From Williopsis jadinii (taxonomy: Eukaryota), in the NCBI GenBank assembly GCA_024346625.1, contig AP024665.1:1612001-1676000 (forward strand): a stretch of 64,000 bases of DNA, in the 5' to 3' direction. Shown one piece after another: positions 11,792 to 23,528 of this stretch (position 1 is the stretch's first letter; every line of letters begins with the position of its first letter). Under the pieces are notes generated by a model. The model was not told the origin of the DNA, searched no databases, and saw only the letters and a program-made list of their open reading frames with translations. The translations under genes were made by a program, and so were the position numbers.

Positions 11792-13444
11792 TCACGATTT
11801 TTCTTCAATTTGTTCAGGGTTAGCTTCCTTCTGACCCATACGCTCCCGCTCGTTTTCTTCAACTAGTGGTCTAATACACTCTTTACCAGCCTCCGTTTTG
11901 AAGTGTCTTCCTAGTGCATCAGTACGGGCAAATCTCTTTCCACATCCCCAAACGGTGACACCATCCTTTAAGGTACCACGACATTCGTACTTCTTCTCGC
12001 CACTGTGTAGAGCCATGTGGCGGTTCATATCGTACTGTCTTACAAATGTACGATGACAGAGGGTACACTCATAGGGTCTTTCATTCGCATGCGTCCTTAG
12101 ATGAGAGTTCAAGTTGTAATTTCTCGTAAACTTCTTGTCACATAGATGACACGCAACAATCGCTGGATTCTTCTGTGTACGTTTCTTGCCTTGATTTGTG
12201 GATGCTAACTCTAACATCTTTTCACGGTTAACTGAAGGTGAACGTTCCCTTGAAACTGACCGTGAGTTGGAACGTGATGTTGAGTGCCGACGTTGACGTC
12301 CTGCTCGCATTTCCTGATGTGAATCTGGTCTCAACAGCTCATTCTCTCCGCTAACACTCCCGTTGTCACTGCTGTTGGATCCACCGTGGCTATTGTTGTA
12401 GCTTTCGCCCATATCTGGTGAAAGTAAATCGGAAAAATGACCAGATTTAATAGTCGTAGAGTGCATCGACCCACTACGGGAGTGGTTAGGCGAGTTGTTG
12501 CGAGATGATGCATTCGACGAGAAAAGAGATGGTGTTCTCTCAGCAACATCTTCAGGTGCCTCGTCGACGGATATGGTCACAGGCGTAACTGGTAACACAC
12601 CGTTCTGACTCAACGAATCCAACTGCAAGCTTAAGAAGTCTATCTGTGGGTTTTGCTCTGTTGAGTCGCCGTTAAGGTCTTCCAGCAGCACATTTGAATG
12701 GACATCATCACCTCCATAGTTTGAGCCAGAATACGCGCTAAGATATGGCGAGCCACCGTCAACACTGGATAGGTCACTCAGCGAACCAGTATTACTCAGC
12801 TGCCGCAGCTGCTCGAATTGTGAGCCTTGAAAGTTGGGCTGTAGGAAGTTTGATTGATCTCCAACAACCTGTTGTTGGTTGAAGTTGAAATTTGGGTATT
12901 GGACACTTGGATTCTCATCTGTGGGTGGAGTGGATATGATGAACGGCGGCGTGGATACTGAAGCTGTTGAAGGAACACTGGCGGGTGGTAGGAATGACTG
13001 TTCAACGGGCATACCGAAGTTGATGTTGTGCGTATTGGACTCTGCTTCGGTAATCCAATCAAGGTTTTGTGAAAGTTCTTTACTTGTTCCCTCATTGGGC
13101 ACATTGATCGATGAATAAGCGTCGTTGGTGCTTGTCTGTGAATATTGTACGGGTTGCGGAGTGATAAAGGACGTGTTGCTTGTCAATTCCAGGTTCAGGT
13201 TTGGATAAAGTTGAGAATTCAACGCATCACCATCGGTGCTGGTGCCCATTAGACCACTTGTAAACTGGTTGTGAGTTGTGTGGGAAACAGGAACATCACT
13301 CTGAGGACCTGGGGATGCTTCTGTTGTGCCAGGGGACAGCTGGAAGAATTGGTCAAAGAGGCTATCGTCTTGCCTGATAGGTGGAGCATTTGACCTCTTG
13401 GGGTCACCGTTGAGGCGGTCAGCTATGTTGTTGTTTATCACCAT
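11792..13444 (-). CDS. CRZ1: Calcineurin-responsive C2H2 zinc-finger transcription factor
   Basis: C-terminal fingers [23 protein letters not shown]...[29 protein letters not shown] PxIxIT-like docking motif; Ser-rich region. Confidence 0.9.
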   Translation of the reverse strand: MVINNNIADRLNGDPKRSNAPPIRQDDSLFDQFFQLSPGTTEASPGPQSDVPVSHTTHNQFTSGLMGTSTDGDALNSQLYPNLNLELTSNTSFITPQPVQYSQTSTNDAYSSINVPNEGTSKELSQNLDWITEAESNTHNINFGMPVEQSFLPPASVPSTASVSTPPFIISTPPTDENPSVQYPNFNFNQQQVVGDQSNFLQPNFQGSQFEQLRQLSNTGSLSDLSSVDGGSPYLSAYSGSNYGGDDVHSNVLLEDLNGDSTEQNPQIDFLSLQLDSLSQNGVLPVTPVTISVDEAPEDVAERTPSLFSSNASSRNNSPNHSRSGSMHSTTIKSGHFSDLLSPDMGESYNNSHGGSNSSDNGSVSGENELLRPDSHQEMRAGRQRRHSTSRSNSRSVSRERSPSVNREKMLELASTNQGKKRTQKNPAIVACHLCDKKFTRNYNLNSHLRTHANERPYECTLCHRTFVRQYDMNRHMALHSGEKKYECRGTLKDGVTVWGCGKRFARTDALGRHFKTEAGKECIRPLVEENERERMGQKEANPEQIEEKS

Positions 13445-15737
13445 GACTGTTCAAGATAACGAGACAGTTATCTATCTCAAGAGGCCCACGTATAAGATGT
13501 GTAATAATAGTATCGACACAGCGAGTTAAAACACAAATGCACAACAAGATTAGAATGCCGGGCACTTAGTAGAGCAGGAGACGGCACCTGAAGAATATGA
13601 AGTGCTATTCAGTAGAATATGGAGAATGACTTGAAGTGAAGATATCACACTGATGAGCTGTGAGTTCTCAAATTCAGATGATGAACAAATTATGGCTCAA
13701 GTATGTATGACAAAGTGGGAACGGTAAAATAAATCAAATGGTTGGAAAAGAAACTATACCAGGACCAAGCGTGTTCATGAACCACTTGTGTAATTGCGAG
13801 CCTTAGGGTGAAAATAATAATCAGAGAAAAAACACACACTAGTAAGCCGGGTTGATAGAACACCTTATGCTTTGGCAGGCGACAACAAGTGTGAGTCCTA
13901 TTGTGATAAGTTGTAGTTTCAGAGAATGAAAGATTGTTCTTTTTTTGGTATTTTGCGTTTCTAACCACCTGAGAAAGGTTCACACAGAATCCAGGACCTT
14001 GAAGGAATTGGGAGCGGGGCATTCAAAACGTCCCATGGCAAACTTTAGGTTCATACACTTCACCTTAACTTGGAAATACTTTGCTGCTGCTCATTGCAGG
14101 CCGTTTTCTGTGTGTGCACCGTTTGCAAATTGCTCAGATACGAAAATAGGTGCAGCCAGAAGACTGCGCCCCCAATGCAGGTGTAACACGCATCACAGGT
14201 TCAGCTAAGCCGTCAATACGAGTAGTTGACCAGCCTGTATTTCAGAAAGTATACCTTTTGTTTGTATCATCACACACACTCACATGTATAAAGAGTGCGA
14301 CAGCGTAGAGGGAAAGAGCCGGGAAATACAAACACCCTGGAATTGCAACCATTCTTGAATCGTACACTGGTCCTTTTTCTCGTTGGCATTGAAGGAAGTT
14401 GCTCCAAAACTGTACCCGAGAGCATGGAAGTGGGCTTTTAAAACCAGTAATGTAACAACTATGCGATCTGGAAGGAAAGGGCGGTGTAGTGGGCATAGAT
14501 TTGGCTATTCGCCAGGCTCTTCCACGGATGCACCACAAACAACCACCTTCACAGTGCACAGTGTTCACCAAAGTGTTAAAATAGCACATCCGACCAGAGA
14601 TGCTTGATGTACAAAAGACCCCAGCAATTCTTAAGTTAGTACTGCGTTACAGGCTTATCTTGGAGACAGGCGCTACGTCGTCACAGACCGCGGTATCTGT
14701 TGGTATACACAAATGGTGAAGTTTCTGCCTTCACTCTCGCTTCCATGGTGTGTGGACTGAAACGTTGTCCACAACAGTCATCGGTGCCTCTATGGTAAAT
14801 GGGCATATGAGGATAAGCCCCTCTCGTACCTTCCGTCGTTGAATTCATCAACATCAACGGCAGCGCTGGTGGCGAACAGGTTGGCACCGTTGACATTGGT
14901 GTTACAACTGGTTAACCGCCCATAATGACTACTTGGAGGAAGAAACAAATGGGAATGTAAACAAATATTTATACTTCATTTTGTGTGTTTACACAAAGAC
15001 GCGTTGCCAGCCAAATCTCTATGCATGCTTACCCATTTCAGCCAGTACTTCCGCTTTCGGCAGTCAAGACCTTTTGTTTACATTTTGTCCCTTCGTTCGT
15101 GATAAAAAACGAAAATCTGCAGCAATAAACCAAAAAATTCTCCGTCAAACTGGTCATTTTCATACACAATCCCCATAAAAACAGGAGAGAAAGAGGTAAA
15201 AAAGGGTACAATCCGCCATTTAGAACCCATCTGCTACTCAATTGAGCAATTTGAGTCCATTTTTCTGTTGTTTTGACCTTGTTTCCCCCTTACTGAAAGC
15301 ACTTCTCACCCTGTGTTTACACGTGTGGCAGAGAAACCCTTGAGCCTTTCTATTTCATTCCTTTAACAGATTTCCCTCGTTGCTTTAAGCACTGAAGGAC
15401 GCAGTGACTGACAAAGCACGATAAAAGACACCAACAGAGGCTGACGAAGGAAATCTCTTGACCTACTCAGAAAGGCATCTATCCCACTCTCGACTTGCTG
15501 ACCCACGTTGTATTAACAGTTGAGTGTAAAGAGACTTTGAAATTGTTACAGTTGACTTCCCTGGAATTTTACCCGTTTGGAAACGTTGGAAGCTGGCTTT
15601 GAGACTACGCCGAGTTACTACTTGTTTCGTTCTTTCTTATCCTACCTATTCGTGTGCCTCCTCTCTACTGTGCTGGTATTGCACTTATACTTGGTTGAAA
15701 CATCGTTCCTTTTGTCGCCTGTACACACTATTGAACT

Positions 15738-17216
15738 ATGTCCGTTGAAGATAAGGGTGCTACTGTCGTTGACGCTGAGACCACGGACCAGACCACCACA
15801 TTGAAGGTTGTTGTGCCTCCAGCGGAGGACGGTTCGGTTGTGGAGCCAACTGAGTCTGAACAGACGGAGGAAAGTGGCTCTGATAATGCTGAGGCCATCG
15901 CTAATAACGGCACTGACGTTAACGAAGAGTCGCCAAAGGTTACACCGGCATTGGCATCACAAGGTGGGCGTGAAGTATCTCACAAGATCCTATACGTTGG
16001 TGGGCTAAACGCGAAGGTCACTGACGAAACAATCCAACAGGTGTTTGGCGCAAACGGTGAATTGGCCAAGGTCAACATCCTTGCTGACAAGAACAGCCCT
16101 GGAGGAAGCTTTGCCTTTGTTGAGTTCAAAACTGAAGAAGATGCAAAGAGTTGTTTCGACAGATTCCAGGCTGAACCACCAATCATTGAAGGTGGCAAAG
16201 TTGTCATTAATTGGGCTTATCAATCGCAGCAGGCGAAGAACGATCCTGATGCAGTTAACGTGTTTGTCGGAGATCTCTCCACAGAGGTTGACGATGAGAC
16301 ACTAAGAAAGGCATTCGAACAATTTGAGTCAGTACAACAAGCCCATGTGATGTGGGACATGCAAACTGGCCATTCTAGAGGTTATGGTTTTGTATCATTT
16401 GGTGACGAGAAGGATGCATCTCTGGCAATTGAGAATATGAATGGTAAGGTTATCGCTGGTCGTGCCATCCGTTTGAACTGGGCTCATAAGAGCAATGGAA
16501 AGCATTCTAATGGCTACCATGGGAGTGGTCGTCACCATGGACAGAACAACACCATCAACAATCACAGTAACAATGGCAGCAGCAACAACAACAACGGTCG
16601 TAACCACCGCTATAACAACAACCAAAGACCACACCATAATAACTATCACAATGGCCATCACCATGTTAACGGATACTACCAGCAACAACATCCACAAGGC
16701 TTGATCCCCATGGTTACAAGTGGACATAGCTCACCTCACATGGGTGGTGGTGGTAATCCATTGCCCTTGGCCAACGTTGGCTTACCAGGTGCACCAATGA
16801 TTCCTCCACAGAGTTATGAGATGGTGTCACGCAAGTCTCCGGTATGGCAGACTACTGTTTACGTTGGTAATCTGGCTCACTTCACCACGCAACAGGAGTT
16901 GATTCCACTGCTACAAACGTTTGGATTCATCGTTGACGTGAAGTTCTACCCTGAGCGTGGTTGTGCGTTTGTCAAGTACGACACCCATGAACGTGCCACC
17001 ATGGCGATTCTTCAACTTGGTGGCTTTATCGTCAATGGCAGGCCTCTGAAGATGGGGTGGGGCAGATCTTCTCATCATCATCAGTATCAAAACAACGGTG
17101 CTAACGGTGGTGCCAATGCCAATGGCAATGCCAATGGCAGTCTCAATGACCAGGCAGCACCGCCAGATGGGTATAACAGTCAAAGCTATGGCCATGCTGT
17201 TGTGTATGGCCAATAG
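15738..17216 (+). CDS. PUB1: Poly(U)-binding three-RRM protein with N/H-rich low-complexity linker
   Basis: GGREVSHKILYVGGL, VFVGDLS..AHVMWDMQTGHSRGYGFVSF, TTVYVGN..ERGCAFVKYDTHE..LKMGWG. Confidence 0.92.
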   Translation: MSVEDKGATVVDAETTDQTTTLKVVVPPAEDGSVVEPTESEQTEESGSDNAEAIANNGTDVNEESPKVTPALASQGGREVSHKILYVGGLNAKVTDETIQQVFGANGELAKVNILADKNSPGGSFAFVEFKTEEDAKSCFDRFQAEPPIIEGGKVVINWAYQSQQAKNDPDAVNVFVGDLSTEVDDETLRKAFEQFESVQQAHVMWDMQTGHSRGYGFVSFGDEKDASLAIENMNGKVIAGRAIRLNWAHKSNGKHSNGYHGSGRHHGQNNTINNHSNNGSSNNNNGRNHRYNNNQRPHHNNYHNGHHHVNGYYQQQHPQGLIPMVTSGHSSPHMGGGGNPLPLANVGLPGAPMIPPQSYEMVSRKSPVWQTTVYVGNLAHFTTQQELIPLLQTFGFIVDVKFYPERGCAFVKYDTHERATMAILQLGGFIVNGRPLKMGWGRSSHHHQYQNNGANGGANANGNANGSLNDQAAPPDGYNSQSYGHAVVYGQ

Positions 17217-17796
17217 TGGGTAGGCTTTGCCGGAGTGATTGTGCGTTTATATTGTGATTTTACAGACATTGAAGTTCGTTAATCTGATAGAGTTAAACTG
17301 TTTTGAACATTTACAACGAGTAGAGTAAGAACCGTACGTATATAAATATAAAATTAGAGTGTATATATATACATATAGTGATTTCAAGAAAGGAAAAGAG
17401 GATAAACAAAGAATAAGACAAACACGAGCAACCATTGGTGAAGAGCCCCCAATCCCTGCTCGACTGTACAATACCGTTCAAAGAGTTATAGCACATAGGA
17501 ATAAGGGACCAGAGGAGCTGTCGCAGTCGTTAAGACCTCTCCAAACCTCTCTGATGGCCTATGCATGGGTGGCATCAGTGCTCGTGCTGGTGTAGTAGGA
17601 ATCTGCCTCTCTGTTCGTCTGGTTTCCCGTTTCCAAAAAAAATAAGAATATATAATAAAACTCTGTCTGTAAAGGTTGTAAACATGCTGATCTGTGTGTA
17701 TTCTCCATCGTCTTCAATCGCCAATCCCTCTTCGTTCTCCATCCACTCCACAATGGCTGATTCAGGAATGAGCCCAAAACACCAACGTCAACCACC

Positions 17797-18261
17797 CTAA
17801 TGGTGGTGCTCATCTTGTGGCACACCAACTGGCTTCAGCTTGTAGACGGAACCACACTCCCAGCATCTGGCAACCTGGTCGACGGTAGGCTTCAACCACA
17901 AGATGTGGTGGGAGTCTGCTGGCGCACCAGTACAGCCAACGTAACGGTAGTCATCGTAACTCTCAACGAGAATTGGGTCTGCAATGGTGCCGATTCTGGA
18001 AGAGTCCAATGGCTTGGTGTCGAAGAATTCGACACCCTCGAGCTTAGCAAGAAGCTCCAAACGCTCCAAACCAGTGGCCTGCTCCAGGTCGGTTGGGAAG
18101 GTGCCGACTTTGGCACCTTCACCAATCAACGTCTCGGCACCGTCAACCTCAGCCAAAGTAGCAGCGGTCTTCACCTTTGGCGTGGACTGCAGCATGGCTC
18201 TGCTGGTGGCAAAGGATCTTGTTGCTTGACGAGCAACCAATCTTGTACGGAGGGCAAACAT
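17797..18261 (-). CDS. COX4: Cytochrome c oxidase subunit IV (COX5B family)
   Basis: PTDLEQATGLERLELL, YVGCTG..SH..W...RCWECGSVYKL; mitochondrial presequence. Confidence 0.96.
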   Translation of the reverse strand: MFALRTRLVARQATRSFATSRAMLQSTPKVKTAATLAEVDGAETLIGEGAKVGTFPTDLEQATGLERLELLAKLEGVEFFDTKPLDSSRIGTIADPILVESYDDYRYVGCTGAPADSHHILWLKPTVDQVARCWECGSVYKLKPVGVPQDEHHH

Positions 18262-18820
18262 CGTGATGGTTCTTTTAGTTGTTGTGGTGGTGTTGTTGTT
18301 GTTTCAAAGGGGAGAGTAAAAGGGAGAAAGCTTCAAAATCGCACGCTCACGGTACGCACAATTCGAGCATCAAAAAAACATTCGAGATTTCTGTGTTGTT
18401 TACTGCGTAAAAAAATTTTGGCCTATGACTTTTTCCCGCTGTTTGTTTGAGGACTTTGATGCGCTGCTATTGGCTGGAATCGGGTACTTCCCGAATAGGA
18501 AATGCTAGGTGAAAGGGGTCTCCATTGGTTGCGGGATGGGGCAGGGGTTCGACTCTCCGCGGTTGCACTTTTGGTTTGTGATTTCCGGGTGGGTCGTTGG
18601 TGGTGTGTGGGTGTTGTGTTGTGACTGCGTTTTTCGCAGCGCGCGGGCCTTTGGGGGGTGTTTGCGGGTGTGGTGTGTGTACACCCGGACACCAGGCTGT
18701 TGCGCGCACGCCCCCTCGCGGCCGCGCGTGCTCCACCGACTAACATCAAAACAATTTTTCATTCTTTCCAAGCGTTAGCTCTAGTGGTTTGGAGCAGAGT
18801 ATACAACTTTAAAGGACAAC

Positions 18821-19063
18821 GTATGTGACATTGTGTTGATGACAGCGAGGGAGTGAGGGCAGTGTGCGTTCTGTGTGATGCTATGTGATTCCATGTGATA
18901 CTGTGCCATTCTGTTGTATTCTATGCTATCTTCTACCGGAGAATTGAGAGCGTTGTGCTGTTCCAGCCCAGGCGCCAATTAAAGAGACCAGCACCACACA
19001 CAGCACACCAAGCGCTCCCTCCAGCCCTCGCGTGCCTTGAGCCAAGTACTAACCAGTCGACAG
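18821..19063 (+). other. 5'UTR spliceosomal intron of RPS26
   Basis: GTATGT at 18821, TACTAAC 19047-19053, CAG 19061-19063 directly before the ATG. Confidence 0.85.
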
Positions 19064-19420
19064 ATGCCAAAAAAGAGAGCTTCCAACGGTAGAAACAAAA
19101 AGGGTAGAGGTCACGTCAAGCCAGTTAGATGTGTCAACTGTGCTAAGTGTGTTCCAAAGGACAAGGCCATCAAGAGAGTCACCGTCAGAAACATCGTCGA
19201 GGCTGCTGCTGTTAGAGATTTGAGTGAGGCTTCCGTCTACTCCGAGTACGCTCTTCCAAAGTTGTACAACAAGTTGCACTACTGTGTCTCTTGTGCCATC
19301 CACGCCAGAATCGTCAGAGTCAGATCTAGAGAGGCTAGAAGAATCAGAACTCCTCCACAGAGACCAAGATTCGGTGGTGCTAGATCTAACCCAAACGACA
19401 TTGCTAAGAAGGCTTTGTAA
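19064..19420 (+). CDS. RPS26: 40S ribosomal protein eS26
   Basis: [23 protein letters not shown]...[16 protein letters not shown]. Confidence 0.98.
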   Translation: MPKKRASNGRNKKGRGHVKPVRCVNCAKCVPKDKAIKRVTVRNIVEAAAVRDLSEASVYSEYALPKLYNKLHYCVSCAIHARIVRVRSREARRIRTPPQRPRFGGARSNPNDIAKKAL

Positions 19421-19590
19421 ATATGATCTAAAAATACAACACTGTTTTTATTTCGACACAGAGGGTTGGGAGTGTATAGCACTAGGAGAGATGTGTTTAG
19501 CGCATGTGTAATGATTTGTCTATAAGAATAGGCTTTTATACTGTTTCTGTAGATCAGGTGTGTTTGCTGGGACGTGTTTATGTATGGAAG

Positions 19591-21591
19591 CTATAGATTT
19601 GCCATGGCAAAGGCCTGCGATGTCTGTTGCTCCTGGATGTAGTCGTCGTTGTCACTGTCACGCTGGCCTGCCTGTGAAGCCCCGGTACCATCCTCATCGT
19701 GGTCCTCATCGTGGTCCTCATCGTGGTCCTCATCTTGGTCCTCATCCTCCTCGTTGCTATCACCTTCTAATTCAGGTATATCCACCGTAAGATCAACATC
19801 CTCCACCTCTTCGCTCAAGGAGTTCAGTTCGTAGAACAGCATGAACACGCCAGGTGCGTCCAGGACCTCGCTCTCGCTGACAACGTCAATGCTCTCGTCA
19901 GATGTTCTCCACCACACACCTCTGTAACGTCTATAAGCAATGTAATGGCCATAGTTGTGAGTACCATAGTGCACAATGACAGAACGTAATTGATACACCA
20001 AGGGACCTTCCAATGAATCGTTGGACATTGGGTTTTGATACTCAGTGTACTCCTGTTTAGAGCAGATGGACTTCTCTGTGTCGTCGCTTTCGTCGTCACT
20101 GTCCGATTCCTCGTCCTCACGCTCCTGTTCCTGTTCCTCTTCCTCAGCAGGCTCAGTATTGACAGGTTCAGCAACAGTCTTCTTTGACATTGGAAGTCTG
20201 GCATCGGTGTTGATCTCATCAGGCTCCGCAACGAACTGATCAAGGTCCAATTTCAGCGGAAATACCACCCTGGCATTGTTCTTTCTGACTCTGTAGGTCA
20301 TTGGATCAAATACAGACCGATTTATATGGATTGCAAGCAGAGGTGGCGGACGTGACATCAATATCTGTTTAGACTTGGACGACTTCTGCATCATGTTATC
20401 CGTGAACAGGTTCTTGATGGCATCGTCATCGATTATGGGCTTCTTCAGTTCGCCTTCGATCTGAGAAATACGTTCTTCCAGTTTGTCAATGAGCAATGTT
20501 GAAGATGAGCCACTGGACGTCAATTTGTTCAACTGTTCCCGTTGGTAATCCAGGACATGCTTCAACGCACATCTGTTACAATTGACGCCTTCGATGATCT
20601 CTGGCTTGATCCATTCCTTCAGCAGGTCTGTCAGCTTCAAAGCTCCGTAGTTATCACTTGGTAAGTTCAAGCTTAGCCCAGAGATCACGCTGTAACGGAT
20701 GCCACCCATTTCACCACAGTTCAAGCAGCCAATACGCTCTGCACTGAGGCCATCGACCGGCGTGAGCAGTGTATAAGGCACATATCTGCCGTTGGCATCT
20801 TTCAGATTCGGGTCTATCTGAGAAGCCGGGACGTAGACTTTCCCCAAATGGCCAATATTGGCATTCCCCAGCACGGCATCTTGGGGCAATGCGCTCGAAT
20901 ACACAGCCTTCTCGTCGTCTGAGGAGGATGAGGACGAAGAGCTGGCTGGTGTAGAAGGTGGAGACACCTCATCTGGCTTCTTGTTCTTCTTGAGATCGGA
21001 TTCCAGCTCACTCAACAGGGTCTGGAAGAACTCCTGTGCATCCTCCTGGTTGTAACCGAGCAAGAAGTTCTTGTCCGGTGTCTTCGTCATGGTCTTGAGC
21101 AACGCATTTGTCTTATAATCATGGCCATGCTTGTAATGCTTCGTGTTCAGCTTCTTCATCAAGTTTCTGAACGCACATGAGAACTCCCTCTCGTTGAGTG
21201 AACTGTCCTGTAGCAGTGAGACAAAGGTCTGTGAGGACGCCAGCGACTGTAGCACCGAGTTCATGAAGCACGTGTTACCATCGTTGACCAGGCCACCGAT
21301 CAGTCCACCACGCTTCATGACGGTGTTGACGGTATTGTCTGAAACACCGTTCCCTCTGCCGATTCGACGCCTAAACCTTGAGGCCCCACCTCTGTTGAAC
21401 AAGGGATCCATGATGAGCTGTGTGATCGAATCGAACTTGTACAGACAGATTGACGTGAGCGAGACGAGAAGGAAGGATAGGACGAGCTGCTTGTTGGAAA
21501 CCACTTTGCTGGATAGAATACGTTTTAAGATCCGTAACACAAGTAATGCTATGATGACAACCTTGAAGATGACGTTCTTCTTAATGCTCAT
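19591..21591 (-). CDS. UBP1: Ubiquitin-specific protease with N-terminal hydrophobic anchor
   Basis: Cys box GLVNDGNTCFMNSVLQ, QEDAQEF, His box HYGTHNYGHYIAYR; N-terminal TM-like stretches. Confidence 0.9.
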   Translation of the reverse strand: MSIKKNVIFKVVIIALLVLRILKRILSSKVVSNKQLVLSFLLVSLTSICLYKFDSITQLIMDPLFNRGGASRFRRRIGRGNGVSDNTVNTVMKRGGLIGGLVNDGNTCFMNSVLQSLASSQTFVSLLQDSSLNEREFSCAFRNLMKKLNTKHYKHGHDYKTNALLKTMTKTPDKNFLLGYNQEDAQEFFQTLLSELESDLKKNKKPDEVSPPSTPASSSSSSSSDDEKAVYSSALPQDAVLGNANIGHLGKVYVPASQIDPNLKDANGRYVPYTLLTPVDGLSAERIGCLNCGEMGGIRYSVISGLSLNLPSDNYGALKLTDLLKEWIKPEIIEGVNCNRCALKHVLDYQREQLNKLTSSGSSSTLLIDKLEERISQIEGELKKPIIDDDAIKNLFTDNMMQKSSKSKQILMSRPPPLLAIHINRSVFDPMTYRVRKNNARVVFPLKLDLDQFVAEPDEINTDARLPMSKKTVAEPVNTEPAEEEEQEQEREDEESDSDDESDDTEKSICSKQEYTEYQNPMSNDSLEGPLVYQLRSVIVHYGTHNYGHYIAYRRYRGVWWRTSDESIDVVSESEVLDAPGVFMLFYELNSLSEEVEDVDLTVDIPELEGDSNEEDEDQDEDHDEDHDEDHDEDGTGASQAGQRDSDNDDYIQEQQTSQAFAMANL
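19690..19750. repeat. 12-bp coding minisatellite (GTCCTCATCGTG-type, ~4 copies) encoding EDHD/EDQD repeats in the UBP1 tail
   Basis: tcctcatcgtgg tandem copies seen directly. Confidence 0.8.
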
Positions 21592-21959
21592 GGAAACAGC
21601 TTACTTCTTTCCAATGAGATCGGCCTGTGTCGAAGAATCAGCTCCAGCAACAGCTTCTAACGTGTGATTGTTTAAAGCGATTCCAGCTCAGATGGGTTCG
21701 ATGACTGTGAAGCGTAAAATGACCAGGAAATTTTTCACTTCCTCGATGAGCGTTGGTGTTTTTCCCTTATTCTTTACTATGAGGAGATATAATGGCAGGG
21801 GTATTCCTTCAATTGGGAGCTTTAGGGGTGTATAACGACAACCATTGGATTCTTGGGGCTGTGACGGTTCTGATGGTACCGCTCACGTGTCCTGGGCCTT
21901 GGTGTATCACTAGAAGTGATGGGATGAGTTCCATATAATAATGTCTGTAGAGCCTGGTG

Positions 21960-22032
21960 TAGTATAATATAATCATAATATGATCATAATATAATATAAC
22001 ATGATATAATATAATATAACATAACATAACTA
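21960..22032. repeat. Degenerate pentanucleotide AT-rich repeat (ATAAT/ATAAC)n
   Basis: Seen directly upstream of AIM19. Confidence 0.7.
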
Positions 22033-22111
22033 CACCAGACATAATGAAGTTATCCCAATTTCATTTGCTCTTGCTCCCAACAACCATTGCTCAGCTCAAA
22101 GGATAAGCATA

Positions 22112-22564
22112 ATGACAGAGGAGATCAAGGCGACGACCAACGACTACAGAGAACAGCTCTACGCCTCAACCACCACCCCCTACCCTTCGTTGCTGTTCAG
22201 TGGGATGTTGTTTGCTACCCCATTGATCACTTCGCAGCCTGAAGCTGTCACGAGAATGAACGCCGATGTCAACCGAGGCGTACTGTTTAAGACTGCAAAG
22301 AGACTACGTGTGGGTCCAACCACCGTGAGCTCTGTGCTGTTTGGAAGTGCTATGGCCCTCGGTAGTTGGATTATGTTTGAAGGTGATGTTGAGAGTGGCT
22401 CTGGCTTCATCACGGCATGGAGCTCTCTCTACCTCATAGTCAACGGTAGACAGATGTTCAATGGACTCAGATACGCAAGAGTCTGGCCAGTCGTGCTGAG
22501 TAGTGTTGCTCTGGGAGAGGCCGTGCTCCACGGTAAGAGGTTCTTCTACGGTGTTGGCCAGTGA
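22112..22564 (+). CDS. AIM19: Altered inheritance of mitochondria protein 19
   Basis: TPYPSL..ATP, GDVESGSGFITAWSSLYLIVNG, LRYARVWPVVLSSVAL match Aim19. Confidence 0.85.
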   Translation: MTEEIKATTNDYREQLYASTTTPYPSLLFSGMLFATPLITSQPEAVTRMNADVNRGVLFKTAKRLRVGPTTVSSVLFGSAMALGSWIMFEGDVESGSGFITAWSSLYLIVNGRQMFNGLRYARVWPVVLSSVALGEAVLHGKRFFYGVGQ

Positions 22565-22621
22565 AGATGGCTCCCCCTACTTTATATGTATCAATGTGTG
22601 TTTAATATGTCTAACCGTACA

Positions 22622-23470
22622 TCACCAGTGTAGTGGCAGCCATCCCTTTCTCGATGCAATCCGTGAGACTTGCTCTTCGTTGTACATCTCTATAAACTGA
22701 AGGTCCAAAGGCCTTGCCTTTGGAGCTGCAAACCTTCGATACTCCTCGAATATCATGGTGAGCGACCAGTTCTGTAGGCGTCTTATACATCCAACAAGGC
22801 ACCCTGTGCGGTGTTTACCTCTATTGCAGTGGATCAGCAACGGATGGTTGGAAGGGTCAATGGCAATCTCCAACGCTTTGGACAGCACGTCGTCTGGTAA
22901 ATGCACAAAGGGTTCCTTATTACCACTCATCCCAACCTGGAATAGCCTAATCCCTTCCTTCTTGACAAACTCCATGTTCTCGGTGGGGTACTCCTCGGGT
23001 ATCAGCATCAATATACTCTTCAGCTTCAGCTTGGAGAGAAAGCCAAAGTTCTCAGGCCTAGGAAACGACGATCTATAGATCAACCCACATACAGGAGAGA
23101 AGTTCTCAGGAGGTGTCATCTCTTCATCCTCAGCCACATCGCCACCAGCATCCTCTCCCGTCTCCGTCTTATCGTCCATGTCTTCGTCAGCATCGTGGTG
23201 CCTTATATGGCCATGTATTTCGCCTCTCTGGAACCTCTCCTCCGTCTCAAGGAGGCCTCTCTGCTGTAGGAAGCCATCCGTGTATTCATCGTCATCCATC
23301 CCTATATAGCGATCCCGATAGTTAACACGCTCATCGTCCGAGAACTGGACATCGTCCATGGGGAACTCCATCCTGTCTCGATACAGAGCACAAGCCAATT
23401 GATCAAGACTGGCTACTGTCCGACATGGGAGGCGTGTATGTATTGCTTTCAGTGAAGTTTGGGTAACCAT
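22622..23470 (-). CDS. SIW14: Inositol-pyrophosphate / dual-specificity phosphatase (start codon uncertain)
   Basis: PPENFSPV..IYRSSFPR, catalytic IHCNRGKHRTGC, EYRRFAAPKARPLD. Confidence 0.9.
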   Translation of the reverse strand: MVTQTSLKAIHTRLPCRTVASLDQLACALYRDRMEFPMDDVQFSDDERVNYRDRYIGMDDDEYTDGFLQQRGLLETEERFQRGEIHGHIRHHDADEDMDDKTETGEDAGGDVAEDEEMTPPENFSPVCGLIYRSSFPRPENFGFLSKLKLKSILMLIPEEYPTENMEFVKKEGIRLFQVGMSGNKEPFVHLPDDVLSKALEIAIDPSNHPLLIHCNRGKHRTGCLVGCIRRLQNWSLTMIFEEYRRFAAPKARPLDLQFIEMYNEEQVSRIASRKGWLPLHW

Positions 23471-23528
23471 CGCGATCTGGCGAGCTTGACTTCCCAATGC
23501 GGTAATTCTAAACCGCGAGCGTACATAC

